DNA from: Glycomyces amatae
Lineage (GTDB): Bacteria > Actinomycetota > Actinomycetes > Mycobacteriales > Micromonosporaceae
Assembly (NCBI RefSeq): GCF_020991375.1
Contig: NZ_JAJLQZ010000013.1
Coordinates: 22,608 to 46,607 of the forward strand
Direction of reading: 5' to 3'
Length of the DNA: 24,000 nt
Shown here piece after piece: positions 22,175 to 24,000 of this stretch; positions within the stretch are counted from its first letter, which is position 1; each line of letters opens with the position of its first letter. The notes below the pieces were generated by a model. It searched no databases, had not been told where the DNA came from, and worked only from the letters and a program-made list of their open reading frames with translations. The position numbers and the translations under genes were made by a program.

Positions 22175-23029
22175 TCAGGCCGGGTTGGTCGCGGTGACGA
22201 GCCAGAGCGCGACCGGGAACCTGACGGCGCCGTCCACGAGGCGGCGGATCAGCTCGGCGCGCACCTCGTCCACAGCGGACTCCCAGCCCTCCGGGCCGAG
22301 GCGCTGCACCAGCTGCTCCCGGGCGAGGCGGCCCGTGCGGCCGTCGAGGATCATGGTGAGCCGCTCCTCGACGCCGTCGCTGCCGCCGATCCCGTAGTCG
22401 CACATGAAGTCGAAGGCGTCCACGGACACCGCGCCCCACCCGGCGGCCGCCAGCACCGAGGCGGGCCGCTCGGGATCGGCGAACGCGGTCGGCCCGGGCG
22501 CGTCGGGATCGGCGGGTTCGGGCTTCGGGTCGAGCCGGTCCGCGAGGACGCTCGTGCCGTGGCTGAACACCGGGTTCTCCGCTTCGCTCCGCCAGCAGGC
22601 GAACACGAGCCGCGCGCCGGGCGCGGCCGCCCGGCGGAGGTTCGCGAACGCGGCCGCCGGGTCCTCGAAGAACATGACGCCGAAGCGCGAGACGACCCGG
22701 TCGAACGGCGCGCCGGGGGCCTCGGCGAGGAGGTCGGCGGTCTGCGCGTCGGCCACGAGCACCGTCGCCTCGGGGGCGCGGCGGCGCGCGGCCGCGGCCA
22801 TCTCCTCGGCGATGTCCACGCCGACGACCTCGGCGCCCGCGGCGGCGCTCTGCTCCAGCAGCGTCCCCGTCCCGCAGCCGACGTCGAGCACGCGCTGCCC
22901 GGCCGCCGGAGCGGCCTCCGCGAGGATCGCCGCCGTCACCGGCGCGTACACGGCGTCGAAGAGCGCCTGGTTCGCGACCCATCCGGCGGCGCCGGTCGCC
23001 CAGTTCTCCCGCATCGATTCATTCGCCAT
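22175..23029 (-). CDS. Class I SAM-dependent methyltransferase
   Basis: Motif I ...VLDVGCGTGTLLE..., post-I ...VVGVDIAEEM..., and ...PFDRVVSRFGVMFF.... Confidence 0.85.
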   Translation of the reverse strand: MANESMRENWATGAAGWVANQALFDAVYAPVTAAILAEAAPAAGQRVLDVGCGTGTLLEQSAAAGAEVVGVDIAEEMAAAARRRAPEATVLVADAQTADLLAEAPGAPFDRVVSRFGVMFFEDPAAAFANLRRAAAPGARLVFACWRSEAENPVFSHGTSVLADRLDPKPEPADPDAPGPTAFADPERPASVLAAAGWGAVSVDAFDFMCDYGIGGSDGVEERLTMILDGRTGRLAREQLVQRLGPEGWESAVDEVRAELIRRLVDGAVRFPVALWLVTATNPA

Positions 23030-23117
23030 GCCGACACCCTAGCCAAAGGGGAGCGCTTCGGAGCGGTGTGCGGGGCCGGCCGTCGTTCGGAGGGTCGGCG
23101 ACGGAGAGGCGAGCAGC

Positions 23118-23183
23118 GGGACGGGACGGGCCGTGTGGGGCCGGGGTCCGGGCGGGCGGCGACGAGGGGGGTGGGCGGTGGGG
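23118..23183 (+). other. Dense cluster of G-runs (G-quadruplex-capable) in the divergent intergenic region
   Basis: Eleven runs of G3-G6 on the + strand within 66 nt (GGGACGGGACGGGCCGTGTGGGGCCGGGGTCCGGGCGGGCGGCGACGAGGGGGGTGGGCGGTGGGG). Confidence 0.4.
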
Positions 23184-23489
23184 CGTGGTGTCTGAGGATG
23201 GTCTCCGGGCGCGGGTCGACACGCCCGGGCGCGGGGACGATCGCGAGTCCTGTTGCGGCGTAGCGGGTCCGATACTTAAGTTAGGGCTTTCGATGCCTTT
23301 GTCCGATGCGGCCGGGCCTCAGCCGCGCTCCCGCAGGGACCTCTCGCCGTTTCGCCGCTGATCGCCGGTGCCCCGGGCCGGTCGAGTCCTGGACTCGGTG
23401 GCGTGAACCGGATCGGTCCTGAGACTTTCGGGAAGCATCGGGACATGGTACCGTCATCCACATACCGACCAGACGGTTTGGAGTGGTTC

Positions 23490-24000
23490 ATGCAGAGGTT
23501 CGAAGGCCGCGTCGCCCTCGTCACCGGCGCGAGCAGGGGCATCGGCTTCGCCGTCGCCCGCCGCCTCGTGTCCGAGGGCGCGTCCGTCGTCATCACCGGC
23601 CGCGACGAGGAGGCCCTGAAGGCCGCCGTCGCCGAGCTCGGCGAGGACCGCGCCTCCGGCGCCGCCGGGAAGGCCGACGACGCCGAGCACCGCGCCGCCG
23701 CCGTCGCCCACGCCGTCGAGCGCTTCGGCGGCCTCGACCACCTCGTCAACAACGCCGGGATCAACCCCGCGTACGGGCCCCTCACCGAGCTCGACCTCGA
23801 CGCGGCCCGCAAGATCCTCGAGGTCAACGTGATCGCCGCGCTCGCGTGGACGCGCGAGGCCGTCGCCGCCGGGCGCCTCCGGTCGGTCGTGAACATGGCC
23901 TCCATTGCGGGCACCGCCGCCAGCCCGAACATCGGCTTCTACGGGATCTCCAAGGCCGCCCTGATCAACCAGACCGAGCAGCTCGCCGAGGAGCTGGCCC
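23490..24000 (+). CDS. Short-chain dehydrogenase/reductase (FabG-like), 3' partial
   Basis: ATG 23490 follows GGAGTGG. MQRFEGRVALVTGASRGIGFAVARRL... (TGxxxGxG), ...NNAGI..., ...MASIAG...YGISKAAL (catalytic YxxxK). The frame runs off the window end. Confidence 0.85.
   Translation, partial: MQRFEGRVALVTGASRGIGFAVARRLVSEGASVVITGRDEEALKAAVAELGEDRASGAAGKADDAEHRAAAVAHAVERFGGLDHLVNNAGINPAYGPLTELDLDAARKILEVNVIAALAWTREAVAAGRLRSVVNMASIAGTAASPNIGFYGISKAALINQTEQLAEELA

Overview
High-GC chromosomal window with actinomycete-type codon bias (GC-rich third positions) and about 30 supportable genes. Two islands with visibly lower GC3 carry polymorphic toxin-immunity modules. Island 1 (nt 1-2569) has two tandem DddA/SCP1.201-like nucleic-acid deaminase toxin cassettes, each followed by an overlapping small immunity ORF. 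Island 2 (nt 7986-9978) is a type VII secretion-style effector locus: YbaB-like protein, EspC/WXG100-like helper, WXG100-like plus hydrophobic carrier, C-terminal toxin, immunity. In both islands the toxin domain lies in a different reading frame from its trafficking domain, and the break falls at the domain junction. The rest of the window holds: an AlkD-like DNA alkylation repair protein; a NarL-type two-component system; two convergent lipoproteins; a GNAT; a near-consensus IdeR/DmdR iron box between a siderophore-interacting reductase and an unusual penicillin-acylase::IucB-like acyltransferase fusion; a CUT1 ABC sugar importer + GH43 + two tandem PmoA-family (DUF6807) paralogs + ROK regulator operon; a truncated GNAT remnant bracketed by a perfect 30-bp direct repeat next to a 4 x 13-bp tandem repeat; a SAM methyltransferase; and a 3'-partial SDR. 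No rRNA, tRNA, CRISPR array or transposase was seen. All family calls come from motif recognition by eye, with no database search.
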